Source: Alloascoidea hylecoeti (lineage: Eukaryota). From it: a stretch of DNA of 64,000 nt. The notes under the pieces were generated by a model. It was given only the letters and a program-made list of their open reading frames with translations, did not search any database and was not told the origin of the DNA. Where the stretch lies: positions 62,001 through 126,000 of the forward strand of contig BCKZ01000003.1 of NCBI GenBank assembly GCA_001600815.1, in the 5' to 3' direction. Of this stretch, positions 48,601 to 60,403 are shown piece after piece. The position numbers were made by a program, and so were the translations under genes. Numbering within the stretch: the first letter of the stretch is position 1; each line of letters starts with the position of its first letter.

Positions 48601-49086
48601 ATCTATTGGAACTATTGGAACATTTAATTCTTTACCTTTTCCTTTATCGAGAGTATTAAAATCAATAGGTTGAATATGTTGAATAGGTTGTAAAAAAGTA
48701 TTCTGATTGATTGTAGGCGTAAGTGGCGGAGTATCTTTACTTGATCCAATAACATTAACACTTGAAGAAGTTGAACTGTTGATATCGTCATCATCTTTAT
48801 TGGTGGTGGTGATAGAATCGTTTTTGTGAAAACTTGCTAAAATAGATTCCGAGCCGGCATCTTCAGTTTCGGAGCCCAGAGAGTCCGAATCCAATGAAAT
48901 GACTTCCATATCTTCAGTACTATTGTAACTTGTTGATGGTGGTGGTAATGTTGGCGCGGTATAGGTATTTCTGACATACACAGGATCCTCATCCAAATCC
49001 ACATTTAGAAGATTATCATCGACCGGAGGAAAAGCACCGTCGTTTTGTATTGTCGAGGACGAAACTGTTAACTGATCAACTTCCAT
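45685..49086 (-). CDS. ULS1: Uls1/Ris1-like SNF2 ATPase with RING finger
   Basis: GGILADDMGLGKT, DEAQ, RING motif CPIC...CGHGICGEC...CLTC, QAMDRAHRIGQ; SIM-like VISLD and TIDLT in the N-terminus. Confidence 0.8.
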   Translation of the reverse strand: MEVDQLTVSSSTIQNDGAFPPVDDNLLNVDLDEDPVYVRNTYTAPTLPPPSTSYNSTEDMEVISLDSDSLGSETEDAGSESILASFHKNDSITTTNKDDDDINSSTSSSVNVIGSSKDTPPLTPTINQNTFLQPIQHIQPIDFNTLDKGKGKELNVPIVPIDYGTLPFNSYNNINHTDHSPSISNIPYNKRPISPSLTTIYNTNLPLPKKAKIQTIDLTNFDDDESTDDEIIITSSRIIGPPVNDKAYFNGNFNNNNNNNNNKVGENGSLDLNTQIILMEKQKLKREQSIKWTNQLYNSKKLYLNQLEKDIRNLKFNKNSTIIGSEEENKLNLKINSLRKEQMDMNGLRNQLNTEQIGLKEVLDEIYRLSSKSFNPLNPLNPFAGLGNNSFGHSFGHSFEMNNVVDIDEEERNRQLMNDLNGGSSFEDDKKLQKLLDNIQLNEEVPEKDRASTPKGMTIQLLPHQRIGLTWLSRMEETSKGGILADDMGLGKTVQIIALILARPPEPNQKNKTTLIVTPVALLRQWENEILGKIDPQHRLNIYVHHSNLRRHDTFKEMSKYDIVLTTYNLIGREFKEHYKEVLAGGQISKTSSLVPDYRDETQNHSYDSPFFVNQAKWFRIVLDEAQIIKNKSTLASRACAGLRSDYRWCLSGTPMQNNVDELFSLVRFLKIEPYCQERKFNYDIGRPLRRVTEGYQAGPSRSTAMKKLQALLKAILLRRLKTSEIDGGPILQLPPRYIKEEKVIFDGEELEFYHKLENNAKDQATKYMNQEKGSGKNYSNMLVLLLRLRQACLHSILVEIGNKRQEVERKLRRLNDGPEGFGTIEKLIKSFKPEVVERILNDADEFTCPICLDVIDPENLTVFYPCGHGICGECNETFFDQFGEADGLGKYKTAKCLTCQMNIRTDKEVQFSILKKILVDKIEPEVLYQEERKDLQIEKGTLAKLDIKNLKPSPKISKCIELLETIKKQYPGEKSIIFSQFTEYFNILSKSFIEKNISYLQYDGSMSATSRHEVIETFYADPNVEVLLISLKAGNVGLTLTCASHVIITDPFWNPFVEDQAMDRAHRIGQKKPVTVYRLLIENTVEDRILALQKGKRDLIQGALDEGELRNIGRLGRKELGYLFGLNLNYND

Positions 49087-49302
49087 TTTACTTTCAATAT
49101 TGTGATATCTTGTTCATATAAATAGTGGAGGATTAAAAATAAGTTTACTTCCTTACGTTTTCCTGTTTTACTCTTTTTGAGTAACGAAAAGTAGCCTCCT
49201 CACGTGTTCCACGAAGAAGCCATCAGCAATCATATCCAAATATTCACTTTAAATCTAAATAAAATATATAAATAAAATAAAATATAAAACCCAATGAAGA
49301 AG

Positions 49303-50076
49303 TCACAAATCCGCATCATCTTCATCTGGTAAAGGCATGGCAGTAGCCTGGTCCATTTCCTGCTGATATTTATTCATCAGTTCCGCATCGACTTGAACCT
49401 CAGGAGGAGCCAAAGCAGGAGAAGCTGCAAACTCCAATTGAGAAGTACCAACCAATTTTCTTGATAACCATAAAAATGGTTTTTCAAAGTTATAGTTGGA
49501 TTTGGCTGAAATATCATAATACTGTAAGTTCTTTTTCCTATGAAATGTAATTGTTTTTGCTTTTACTTTTCTCTCTTTAACATCAACTTTATTCCCACAT
49601 AAAACAATTGGTATATTTTCACAAACTCGTACTAAATCACGATGCCAATTGGGGACATTTTTATAGGTTATACGTGATGTTACATCAAACATGATTATGC
49701 CACATTGTCCATTTATATAATAGCCATCTCGTAAACCTCCAAATTTCTCTTGTCCTGCTGTATCCCATACATCAAATTTGATTTCTCCATAATTCGTATA
49801 GAAACTTAATGGATGGACTTCAACTCCTAAAGTGGCGAAATATTTCTTTTCAAATTCTCCAGTTAAATGACGTTTAACAAAAGTAGTCTATAATAGAAAA
49901 TGTTAGTTAGTTAGTTCATAAAAATGGTAAAAGTATGATGATCTACAATCTAAATCTTCCAAGCTTTAATCATGAATGATTTAAAAAGCTGATCTAATTA
50001 TGAAAATGTTACCTACTTTACCAGTCCCACCATCACCTACTAAGACTAATTTAAAAGTTGGGATTTGTTCAGTCAT
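49303..50076 (-). CDS. GSP1: Ran GTPase; exons 50076-50017 and 49887-49303
   Basis: [42 protein letters not shown], and acidic tail DEDDADL. Confidence 0.97.
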
Positions 50077-50292
50077 TTGTTAAGTGTAATGTAAATGTTG
50101 TTTGATTCTGATCTGCAACTTAATATGTGATGAAGAAGGAAAGTATCAAACAATTGAATTTAAATTATTTCAATTGTAAGAGGTTGTCTAGGTAAATCCT
50201 TAACATATCATTCATGATCATGATGATTTATACTAATATTTACTAATGAAAATAATGATAATAATAATAATACTTAAACAACTACACAATCT

Positions 50293-50791
50293 TTATACAG
50301 TTCTGTTATATTGTGGTATAGGAGGTGGAGGCATACCAGCCATAGTTGGAGGAGGAGGTAATTTTCTTGCTTCAGCTATATCATAAGGATTTGTAGATTC
50401 ATGAGATAATTGTTGTTGTTGTTGTTTTTTATAGGTTACATGAACTCCTGGTATACCAGAATTATAAATTTCCATTATATCTGGTGTTATTGATTGATAT
50501 TGATATTGACCTTGATTTTCAATAGGAATATTGTTTTCTCTAGCAGCATCTTTTTTATAATTTTAATTAGTAATGAAGAAAAATGTATATATACTATGGA
50601 ATGTAATGACTTACTTTCATAATAATCGCAGACTAGTTTAACATGTTGTCTTCCTGATGCGTGAGATTTCCTCACACTCATAGAATCATGTGTTAAAACA
50701 ACTTGGCAATAATCACAGAAATAGTAAACTAGAAGGAGGTTAGTTTAAGAGCATGATATTAGAAATAACTTGGGATACTTATTTTAGGCAT
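50293..50791 (-). CDS. YHC1: U1 snRNP protein C; exons 50791-50783, 50723-50615, 50549-50293 (intron 1 read as AT-AC)
   Basis: Zinc finger [27 protein letters not shown] and Pro-rich tail [14 protein letters not shown]; the spliced CDS is 375 nt and in frame. Confidence 0.9.
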
Positions 50792-50848
50792 TATTTATAT
50801 TTATATTTATATTTATATTTATATTTATATTTATATTTATATTTATAT
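50792..50848. repeat. (TTTATA)n hexamer tandem repeat, about 9 copies
   Basis: Directly visible; abuts the YHC1 start codon. Confidence 0.9.
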
Positions 50849-50978
50849 GGTGGTAGTGATAAGATTGATATGTGTAAATATAGGAACAGTATGGTAAATA
50901 TCATCACTTATACCCACACGACGACGCGTCTTGTCTTTTCATTATTTATCAGCATTTATATTGGTTACTTGAGATAAA

Positions 50979-52177
50979 ATGTCAGGATCTAAAAATATTG
51001 ATAGAGCAGCAGATCATTTAAACAATACCCTTATATCTAAAGGTTTCATAAAAGAAGAAGAACGATTACTGTTTGCATCAATATCAACAGATTTAAATGA
51101 ACTTTTATCATCAAATTTACAAAATAATTTACCAAATAATGAGCAGGAAAAAGATATTTTAAATTCCGAAATAACATATAAAAATGATAAAGTTATTATA
51201 AATTTAATTTATCAATTAGTTCAAGCATTGGAAAAAAGTAAAAAACAAAAAGATTTATTGATATCTAAAATTGAAGAAAAACAAAATAATGAAATTCAAT
51301 TAAAACAAGAAAGGATTAGAATGATTGAAAGAAATCAGATATTGGAGAATAAAGTGAATAGTTATGAAAATCAAAAGCAGTATGTATGGTAACGATTGAT
51401 ATTAGTGATGGGTGATGGTGACGATCTAACATAAGCTCTAGAGTATACTTGACAAAAGTCAAAGAATATGAATTAAACCAAAAAGGATTAAAAGAAGAGG
51501 TTGTTAAAGTTAAGAGCTTCAACGACAGTGTTCGGGCTAAAGTTCAGAATGAGCTACGGAAAAGGGATACTAAAAACAAACGTTTAAAAGACCGGTTACA
51601 AGATGCACGGAAATCCAAGATGATTTCAGGGATTCAATTACAACAAGAAAACGGACTATCGAGGGAGGAAGTTGAAGCGGCGCTGGGACAGGACAACACC
51701 AACTCCGAGATTATTCAGTTGGGCGCGGAGGAACTGTTTGGGAGCACCAACACTCTGCTGTTGAATTTGGCGTTGGAGAAACAAGAATTGGTGCAGATGC
51801 TGAAGAACATGCAGCAGTATATCAGAGACGCCGCCCAGAGCACGCAGCAACAAACACAGCTGCCGCAGCCGGCGGATTACCTGGAGCCCGTGGGCGAGGA
51901 GGCCCGCGTGGGCGAGGAGGCCCCCGACCGGCCGGACCTCGTGCAGGTTCTGGTGGCTTCGGAGGATCTGGAGACGGTGCGCGCGGAGACCGCCGAGAGC
52001 CTGGTGTTCTTCAGGGAGTTCGTGGCCCATGTCGGGGCCATGGCCCCCGCGGACTACGGGGAGAGGCTGGCGGAGATCGCGGCCCTGAAGCAGAGCCTGG
52101 CCACCACCACCGCCAACTGGAAGACGGCCATCGAGACGATGGAGACCTGGAGAGAGTACAGGGTTACCCGGGAGTGA
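50979..52177 (+). CDS. ADIP/SSX2IP/Msd1/Atg25-like coiled-coil protein; exons 50979-51379 and 51442-52177
   Basis: HLNNTLISKGF...NDKVIINLIYQLV followed by coiled coil (NELRKRD); intron GTATGT...TCTAAC...TAG joins the two ORF-track ORFs in frame. Confidence 0.65.
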
Positions 52178-52239
52178 GCGCACGTGCCGGCGCAAAGAAC
52201 GCCAAAACCCATCACCTCCACCGCATCCCAACTACGCAA

Positions 52240-52823
52240 ATGTCAACACTTTCCGACGTCTTCCACCAGCTCCAGGCTGCAAGGTCTCTGGACACCTTCA
52301 ACCCTTCTGCCTCGAAGCTGAGTCCCAGGACCCCTGCCAAGTCCACCGGCCCCTACAAGTCGGTATCGGCTGCATCCGTCTCTCCAAAATACCGATACTA
52401 TGCAAGTAAAGGTTTTGACTTGGAAGATGACCTGCTATTCTGTCCCCATGTCGAGTCCCAGACTGTATGTATTTATGCACCGTCCCGTTTCGACTGCCAA
52501 CACCACATCTTCTAACCCTGATCTTATCGATTAAATAGAAATCCCCAACTTATCCAACGCCAAGTTTAAACCCATATTCAATGTATGGTTCTCATTCAAA
52601 TGATTATTCTCCAATATCATCTCCGTTACCAAATTCACATTCTTTGTATTCCTACCAATCAACTCCAAATTCAAATTCAAATTCAAATTCAAATCGCTCA
52701 AATTCTCCTGCTCCTGAAATGGCTTTATTACTTAGTAAGAATAAAGTTAAACGGCCTATCGAAATAATTAACCCACTCACAAGAACAAGGATTGCTTCTC
52801 CATCTCCATCACCACGTAAATAG
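52240..52823 (+). CDS. Uncharacterised Ser/Pro-rich protein with FDLEDDxxFCP motif; exons 52240-52464 and 52539-52823
   Basis: Intron GTATGT...TCTAAC...TAG joins the frames; motifs FDLEDDLLFCP and RPIEIINP. Confidence 0.7.
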
Positions 52824-54271
52824 TATCTATAAAATTTCTATGAAATAAAAATTAAAAATTTTATTGATTAACAATATTGTTTTCCTGATAATGATTTTTT
52901 TTTTTTTGATATATTTTTATTGATGGTGTATTACTATTCGGAAAAAAAATGGAAGATTATTATGGTATAATCTTGAGGGGCTTGTTGTATTAAATTTTTT
53001 TTTTTTTAGATTGTGTTTTATAAATTGTATATGGTATAATGGTTTTATATAGCTTTACAATATATATTACAATTTCTTAAACATCTGCTAACTGTAAATG
53101 TAAATTTAAATTTATCTGCGATGCTTTTTAAGCTTGCGATTGCGATTACTGATAACGCAATGCTTAATTTTTCTAACGCTAGTTAGTGTTACAATTTGGC
53201 CCTAGCTCGTACAGTACAACTACATACAGTATTTTACTACTCTCTATCATTTCATTTACTTCTTTCTTCATGATTATAAAATCTTATCTATTTATTTATT
53301 CTTTTATTTTATTATTACTATCAACTAACTATCTATATTTGTTCATGAAAATTTTTTATTGCTGCATTGAGATTTGAATATCGGCAAAATCTGCTTTCGG
53401 TGGTAAGTTTTATCAACTTAGTTAATAAATGTTAATTGACAAGAATAAAAGTAATGAAATATATCTGTTCGTAACGTTTATTTTTACGGAAGATTGTAAT
53501 CGATTTAAACGTTAACGTTAACGGAAACTAACTAGTCAATCCTTTTTGAGAGAAACTTTGATAATATAAATACAATAGCTTTTTTTTTGTTGTATAATTA
53601 TAATGTACGATTCATCGATTCCTGATTCTTTTGTGACTTCACAATAAATCATGTGCCAATGTGATAGCGAATGCTGCATTATGCTAAAATTGATTACCAA
53701 TTGACCAATATATACTTATATAGAGGAGAGTTTGTAATATAGGCATATAGCTAACCAGCCAGCTATTTAAAGCATATCTGTCCTAATTTCTTATTGATTA
53801 TAGACCTGCCCTGACTTTTCATATTCATGTGAGGATTTAGTTTTTCAAGTCTTCATGATCAGAGTTTTTATTACCTTGTAATTGCAACCCCAATTATTGT
53901 CTTTATCATATCCGTATCAAGGGTTTGTGAAAACTGCTTTCGTTGAAAAATGTTTATTCAAAGTTCTGTATAGGCCTCTATGTGAAAAGGATATATATAA
54001 AGGTATTTCGCGATGGACTTTGAGTAAGTAATTACACACATTAACCCAAATTTTGAGTAATTACCTGATTATATATTCTTATCTAGATTAGGATTGTCTA
54101 TTTCTTTATCTTTTTATCTACATTATGATTATCTCTTATTATTTATCTATTCTTATCTACATTAAGATAATCTATTCGTACATCTATATTATGATTATCG
54201 GTTCTTCTTCTATTATGATACTTTCTATTTTGAATAGTATAAGTAGCCATTATTTTCCTTCATAAAACGTG

Positions 54272-54298
54272 TATATATATATATATATATATATATAT
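54272..54298. repeat. (TA)n microsatellite
   Basis: Visible TA run. Confidence 0.9.
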
Positions 54299-57200
54299 TT
54301 TAATACATGTATTACATTCGTTTCTTTCCACAAATGTTTTCAAATTAGATTCTGATACACAATGTCTTCGAACCATCTTTTAGTTTGATACACATTGAAT
54401 AAAATTCTATTATTATTTATTATATATAAAAAAAAATAATTCATTTGACTTGTAATTTATGTTATAGAGCTGTATGTTACTGGTTTCTTCAATTGTGTTA
54501 TGTTTTAATCTTATCTGACCTGACCTGTTCATCATTGATATTACTTTAATTACTATATTATTCAGATAAATCTGTTTTTAAAATTGTTTGTAGCTGGCGT
54601 GCGCAGCTGCTTGATCCCTTCTTGTCTTCATTATATACCCGTTGTAATAATAATTTAATTAATTGGTATTTCAATTGGAATTATATCCAAAACCATAGAA
54701 TTGAAGTATAGATTCTGAATTAATTTTTTCAAATAAGATATTTAAGTATAATTAGTTGATTAATATGAAAAAACTGAGATATATTGCAAGAAGCAATAAT
54801 AACAATTAAATCGAAATAATACTACTTTGTGTTTCAATATGTATATTACAATTAATCTTTTGTCATTTGTCTTGAACTACCGCTATACCTACCTATTAAT
54901 CTATGATTTGTTGAAGACACATATATTGACCTTCATCCCATCTTTCCCTATTTCCCTTTTGATATGCACTGAATTTTATACTGAATTTATATTTATTACA
55001 AACTCATCTGCATAATTAGTTATTTCAATTAAACAATTGGTATTATTATTCACAAATGCACTTTCGATGAATTGACAATCTTAATAGCACTTCTCTGATC
55101 CATGCGGATCTTTTGATTCTCATTCTGCTGAACTGATCTCTGAGATTGAGAATGACCAATATCACAATCGGCAATAACATACTATTAATTCAAGAGAGGT
55201 AGGCTTGATAATCCCATGGTCGATGTTGGTCATCCTTTGGTGAAATATTTTAATAGTTCTTATGACGAGAACAGACGGTATTTCAAGAAACATTCAATCC
55301 AGTCTCAACTACAGTATTATTATTAACAATAACAATGAACGATAGCATTTTTCATATCGTTACTATGTTTGATGTCCTCGGTATTACTCATTGTACTTCA
55401 CTGTAAATAATAATTATTCCAACGTAATAATCCTTCCTGTATCTTCTTCTCTAAACTCTTTTCTCTATAATTCTGGGGGCAAAGGTACACAAAACAAAAC
55501 AATGTTTGACAACGCTTAAACTATAAATCCCCAACTCATATATCCTAATACATAATACACTGTATGCCCAAAGATTGAACCCATTTGTTATCAAAAGTCA
55601 TAAACTTGGTATTCCACAAGATTTCAGATGAAAAAGAAATATTTTCATATATTAATGAATTCTATAGACGAAATAGTGCGGACGATGACAGATCGGTACT
55701 AATAGCGGTGCTAGATTTTATTATAATAGCTCGGCTCCCATATAATGATATATTTTATAGATAAAGAATAACTTGTATTAGAAGGAGAGTAAACTACTTA
55801 CTATCCATAGACACTAAGAGTCGGGTACCTATGTTTTAAGTTACATGAGAAACTGATACCATTGCATTCGAAAGAAAACATCAAGGAATTTAGCATAATC
55901 AAAATATAAACAAATCAACACTCAAAAATTTGGATTTGTCCCTGGAAATAGTAACTTATCACACGTGGAGAATATCTTCGAATTCAATTCTATGCTACAA
56001 GCATACATCCTAACTTACAAGTTACATCAGGAAGCGTTACAACATAAATGTAATGTTGATTACACAGGCCCAACCGCAGTTATAGCAAAAGTTTCTTATT
56101 CTCCAATTTCATTTCTCAACTTTCATAAAATTTGTCCATACATATATATAAATTATAATCCTCTCAAACTCAATCTTTTTCAAGAAATCCGTCCTTAAAA
56201 GTTCTGAGTGAAAACATACGGTGACGCAGGGACAAAGTAAACTTTATTTAAGGACTTAGGCTGGGAAGAGTCAAGTTAGGACATCATGGATTCTGGTCTA
56301 TAAAATGAAGTCAGATTCCTTATAGATAAACAAAACTAATATATTATATATCTTCCTACCGTGCGTACTTCAAATGACAGGATCGTGTAAATATTATAGG
56401 TTTTCCTAGGACAAAGGGAGTGCTTTCACAGAAAGACCACATTTGGTATCTCCTCAAAAAAGTTCATCATATATAGTAGGAATTGCAATTATCACCCTTC
56501 CAGATGGTGTAGTAGTGAAAAAATATCTATTATCTGAGTATTTTTTCACACTGATAGAGCCTAACGGATCAGGATTTACTCCATTCCTCGTAGAGCGGCA
56601 TCCGTTTATAGGGTTAAAATCCCCAACACTAAGCGCTAGACTTAAATTGCCATTTTATTTAAACCAATAGAAATTCTAGTATACGGAACATTATGTACCA
56701 TTTTAAGAACAGATTAATGCCTTGTATAATATTCAGTGGCTACTTATTATATTGCCATTTTTTGTAGTGGGTCTGAAAAATAAGCACTGTAAGTTTACCC
56801 GATGCCCGGCTGTATAACTATTAATTTAAGTATATGAAGTAGTTACTATTATTTAACTGCCTGTTACTGGTTCCAACAGCCGGAACTTAAATTTTTATAT
56901 CTATAATCAAATCTATAAACAGGTTCTTATTCATACAGTAATCGTTCAATTTATGCTATAAAACATTTTTTATTATTTTTAACCGACTAATGGTTTATAT
57001 TAAGATATACTTTGAATTAAATTAACTGGCATTACTACTTTATATCTATAATTATAAATACATCTCCAATATAGATATCGATCCTTCTAATATATTAAAT
57101 TAACTAATTTCAGCCGCTTTGGTAAAATAATTCTTAATTCCAACGTCAGTACAGTTGTACCTACATATACCTAACTTATCCCTACATTGTTTAATATTAT

Positions 57201-58750
57201 AAACGTTAACAGTACTTCTAAAATATCACATAGCTAATGTTACCACGCAAATCGAAAGAAAGAATATTCTAGCTAGCCATATAATTACTATCCCAAGTGA
57301 TTTCCGATCTTCACGGCTAACAGAGATAGTTAATAAACAGTTCACAAAATTCTTTTGCAATTAATTAACCAGATCAACAACTGTACAAGACTTCCAAAAA
57401 AGGGATGAATTAAAAGAATCGGTAAGACAAAAACTAATCACGCGATTTATCTTGTTCTATTGTGAACTTGTGAGGTTAACGTTCTTTTAGTAGGTGATGC
57501 ATACATTGTAATTGTATAATAAACACATTTAAATATGTAGTGCTGTGTTAAAATGGTACTATATATGGGCTAATATTGCTCGTACGATTTCCTAAATAGG
57601 GTTTGAAATTTCTTTATAAATAGAGCTCAAGGAGCACTTCAATTTCTCTTTAAAAATCCAACTGAAGTGGGTTTGCAATTATTTTCTTCTTTAAACACTT
57701 GATACCTAGCTCTTAAAGATTTCAATTAAGCTTAATTAGTTGACCGTCAGTTGAAAATCTCATCAAGGTCTATAATTATTATATTTCGGAAAAACTACAG
57801 CACGCGCTCTATAGAATAGATTTATACCTGCAACATTTGCGATCCGATCTTTGAAGTCCTCTCTCAATTCAAGATTTAATTAAAAGGTCTCTTTTCCTAT
57901 TAATATATATAGCCGTCATTTGGAGACACCATATATGGTAGATTTAGCCGCGGTTTATGATCGCGTGAAATGTTACCGTAATGTTCCACTTACATTAAAT
58001 AAGCTTTGATAAGCATGCTTGAATATTTGGCCCGTGGAACTTTGCATAAGTGCCATACACTGTTTAAAGGTATTATAATCGAAAAATTATTTGTGACATC
58101 TTTTTAAATTTGGTATCTTAACCTCAATCACAATATTATGGCTACTATACGAACATGTTGAAAATTTTAAATCATCAGTGGGCCAAATCCCTTTCATATT
58201 TTATATTCCGAAGAGTATTTCAAAACTAATAGCAAACTTATAAGTTATAAGTTATAACTGTAAGGAAAACAATTAAAACAAAAATGTAGCTGTGGAAGTA
58301 AAAAGCTTTTTTAAATATATCATTTTTGAAGTAAAAAGCGCTTAATGTTCGATGTATTTCAAACCATCAAATTCAGTATAACTTATTTAATAATATATTA
58401 ATCGATTTGATCGTGAATATCAATTATAGGGAAAAATAAATTATTTAATATCCTCAAACATCTTCTAGAGATAGGCTGCAAGTTCATTATTTAGCTGCAT
58501 ATAATAGATACGATCGATGAATTACTATCACTGAAAATTTAAACTTATTTTTTTACCCTCTCTAAAGCTTATCAGTAGCATAACTGTGAGTGAGATCTAG
58601 ATGTTTTAAATTTTAAATTTTCATATAAAAACCAGTCAACTATACTCTCTTGACTTATTATCTTGATATTCGGTATTACTTCTATAATTTGAGTGCTCAC
58701 ACTTCTTTAACAGTAGCATTAAAGTTTATACAAACCTATAATTCAAATAA

Positions 58751-60403
58751 ATGAGTGATATTGATGTTGAGAAGAAGCCAGGGCTTTACCAGTCCAATGA
58801 GATATCTGAAGGAGAAGTAATCGAAGCTATTAATGCTCACGATGATAATCAACTTCTGGCTCAGATTGGATACAAGCCAGAATTAAAGAGATACTTTTCG
58901 ACTCTGCAAGTATTTGGTGTTGCATTTTCAATTATGGGGCTATTGCCAAGTATTGCTTCTGTGTTGGGGACAGCATTAAGTGGTGGTTCCGTAGGAATGA
59001 TTTGGGGTTGGGCCTGTGCCTCAGTATTCATTTTTTTGATTGGCGTTTCGATGGCAGAATTAGGTTCTGCTATTCCTACAAGTGGTGGTTTATATTATTG
59101 GACCTATCATTACTCTCCACCAAGTATAAAGGTTCCCCTTTCTTTTCTAATCGGTAATTCAAACTCAGTAGCTTTAATCGGTGCTTTATGCTCTGTTGAT
59201 TATGGTTTATCCAATATGGTATTAGCTGCTGTTAAGCTTGGAGATTCTACATTTGAAATCACAAACGCAAAGGTTTATGGTGTTTTTGTTGCTACTGTTG
59301 TGTCACATATTTGTGTTTGCTCTGTAGCTTCTGCTTTTGTTTCTCGACTTCAGACAGTTTCTATTATTTCAAATTTAGGCTTAATAGTTTTGTTCTTCAT
59401 CGCTGTTCCAATTGGAAAAAGTCAAAGAGGTGGTTTCAACGATGCTAAGTATATTTTTGGAGACTTAGAAAATCTAAGTGATTGGCCAAATGGATGGGAG
59501 TTTATGCTCTGTTGGATGCCGGCTATTTGGACAATTGGTGCATTTGATTCATGTGTTCACATGTCTGAAGAAGCCAAGAATGCTTCTAAATCTGTTCCTA
59601 TTGGTATCTTGGGCTCTATCAGTGCCTGTGGTATTATTGGATTTTTTATTATGATTGTTATTGGTGCATGTGTTAGTAAAGATATTGCTTCTGTTGTTGG
59701 CACAGATCTTGGCCAGCCTATGGTTCAATTTATTTTAGACTGCTTAGGAAAGAAATGGGCACTTGCCTTCACCGCTTTAATGATTATTTGCCAGTGGCTA
59801 ATGGGTGCTTCTATCCTTGTGGCTATCAGTAGGCAAATTTGGAGTTTTGCTAGAGACCATGGTCTTCCATTTTCAAGAATTATCAGAGTCGTTAACAAGA
59901 AATGGTCAGTGCCAATTCGTTCTGTCATTTTTGGTGGTGTTGTAGGAATTATCATGGGACTTTTGTGTCTTATTGGNTCAACTGCTGCTAATGCCCTTTT
60001 CTCTCTATATGTTGCTGGTAACTATTTCGCTTGGGGAATGCCAATTTTCTGCAGAATGGTATGGGCAAGAGATACATTTGTTCCAGGTCCTTTCTTTACC
60101 GGAAAGTTTTCCCCTTTTATTAATTGGGTGACCATATTTTATATTATCTTTGTGATCTTTTTGGCTATGTTCCCCAGTAATAAGAGCGTTGACAAAGAAA
60201 CGATGAATTATACTGTTGTCATCAATGTCGGTGTTTGGATTCTATCTATGTGCTACTATGCTATCTATGCTCGTAAACACTATAATGGCCCTAGAAAGAC
60301 CATTGACGATACTGTTTCACCGGGGACATCAACACCCGTTCAGGATGAACTGTCAGCTGAAAAATCAGCTGAAAAATCAGTTGAAAAATCAGTTGAAAAG
60401 TGA
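58751..60403 (+). CDS. APC-superfamily amino acid/GABA permease (Uga4-like)
   Basis: LAQIGYKPELKRYFS, MAELGSAIPTSGGLYYW, AFDSCVHMSEEA and MNYTVVI; multiple TM segments; C-terminal EKS(A/V) repeats. Confidence 0.88.
   Translation: MSDIDVEKKPGLYQSNEISEGEVIEAINAHDDNQLLAQIGYKPELKRYFSTLQVFGVAFSIMGLLPSIASVLGTALSGGSVGMIWGWACASVFIFLIGVSMAELGSAIPTSGGLYYWTYHYSPPSIKVPLSFLIGNSNSVALIGALCSVDYGLSNMVLAAVKLGDSTFEITNAKVYGVFVATVVSHICVCSVASAFVSRLQTVSIISNLGLIVLFFIAVPIGKSQRGGFNDAKYIFGDLENLSDWPNGWEFMLCWMPAIWTIGAFDSCVHMSEEAKNASKSVPIGILGSISACGIIGFFIMIVIGACVSKDIASVVGTDLGQPMVQFILDCLGKKWALAFTALMIICQWLMGASILVAISRQIWSFARDHGLPFSRIIRVVNKKWSVPIRSVIFGGVVGIIMGLLCLIXSTAANALFSLYVAGNYFAWGMPIFCRMVWARDTFVPGPFFTGKFSPFINWVTIFYIIFVIFLAMFPSNKSVDKETMNYTVVINVGVWILSMCYYAIYARKHYNGPRKTIDDTVSPGTSTPVQDELSAEKSAEKSVEKSVEK

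Noticed and set aside
51656..52231. 191-aa minus-strand ORF
   Set aside because: Shadow frame created by the GC-rich codons of the ADIP-like gene.
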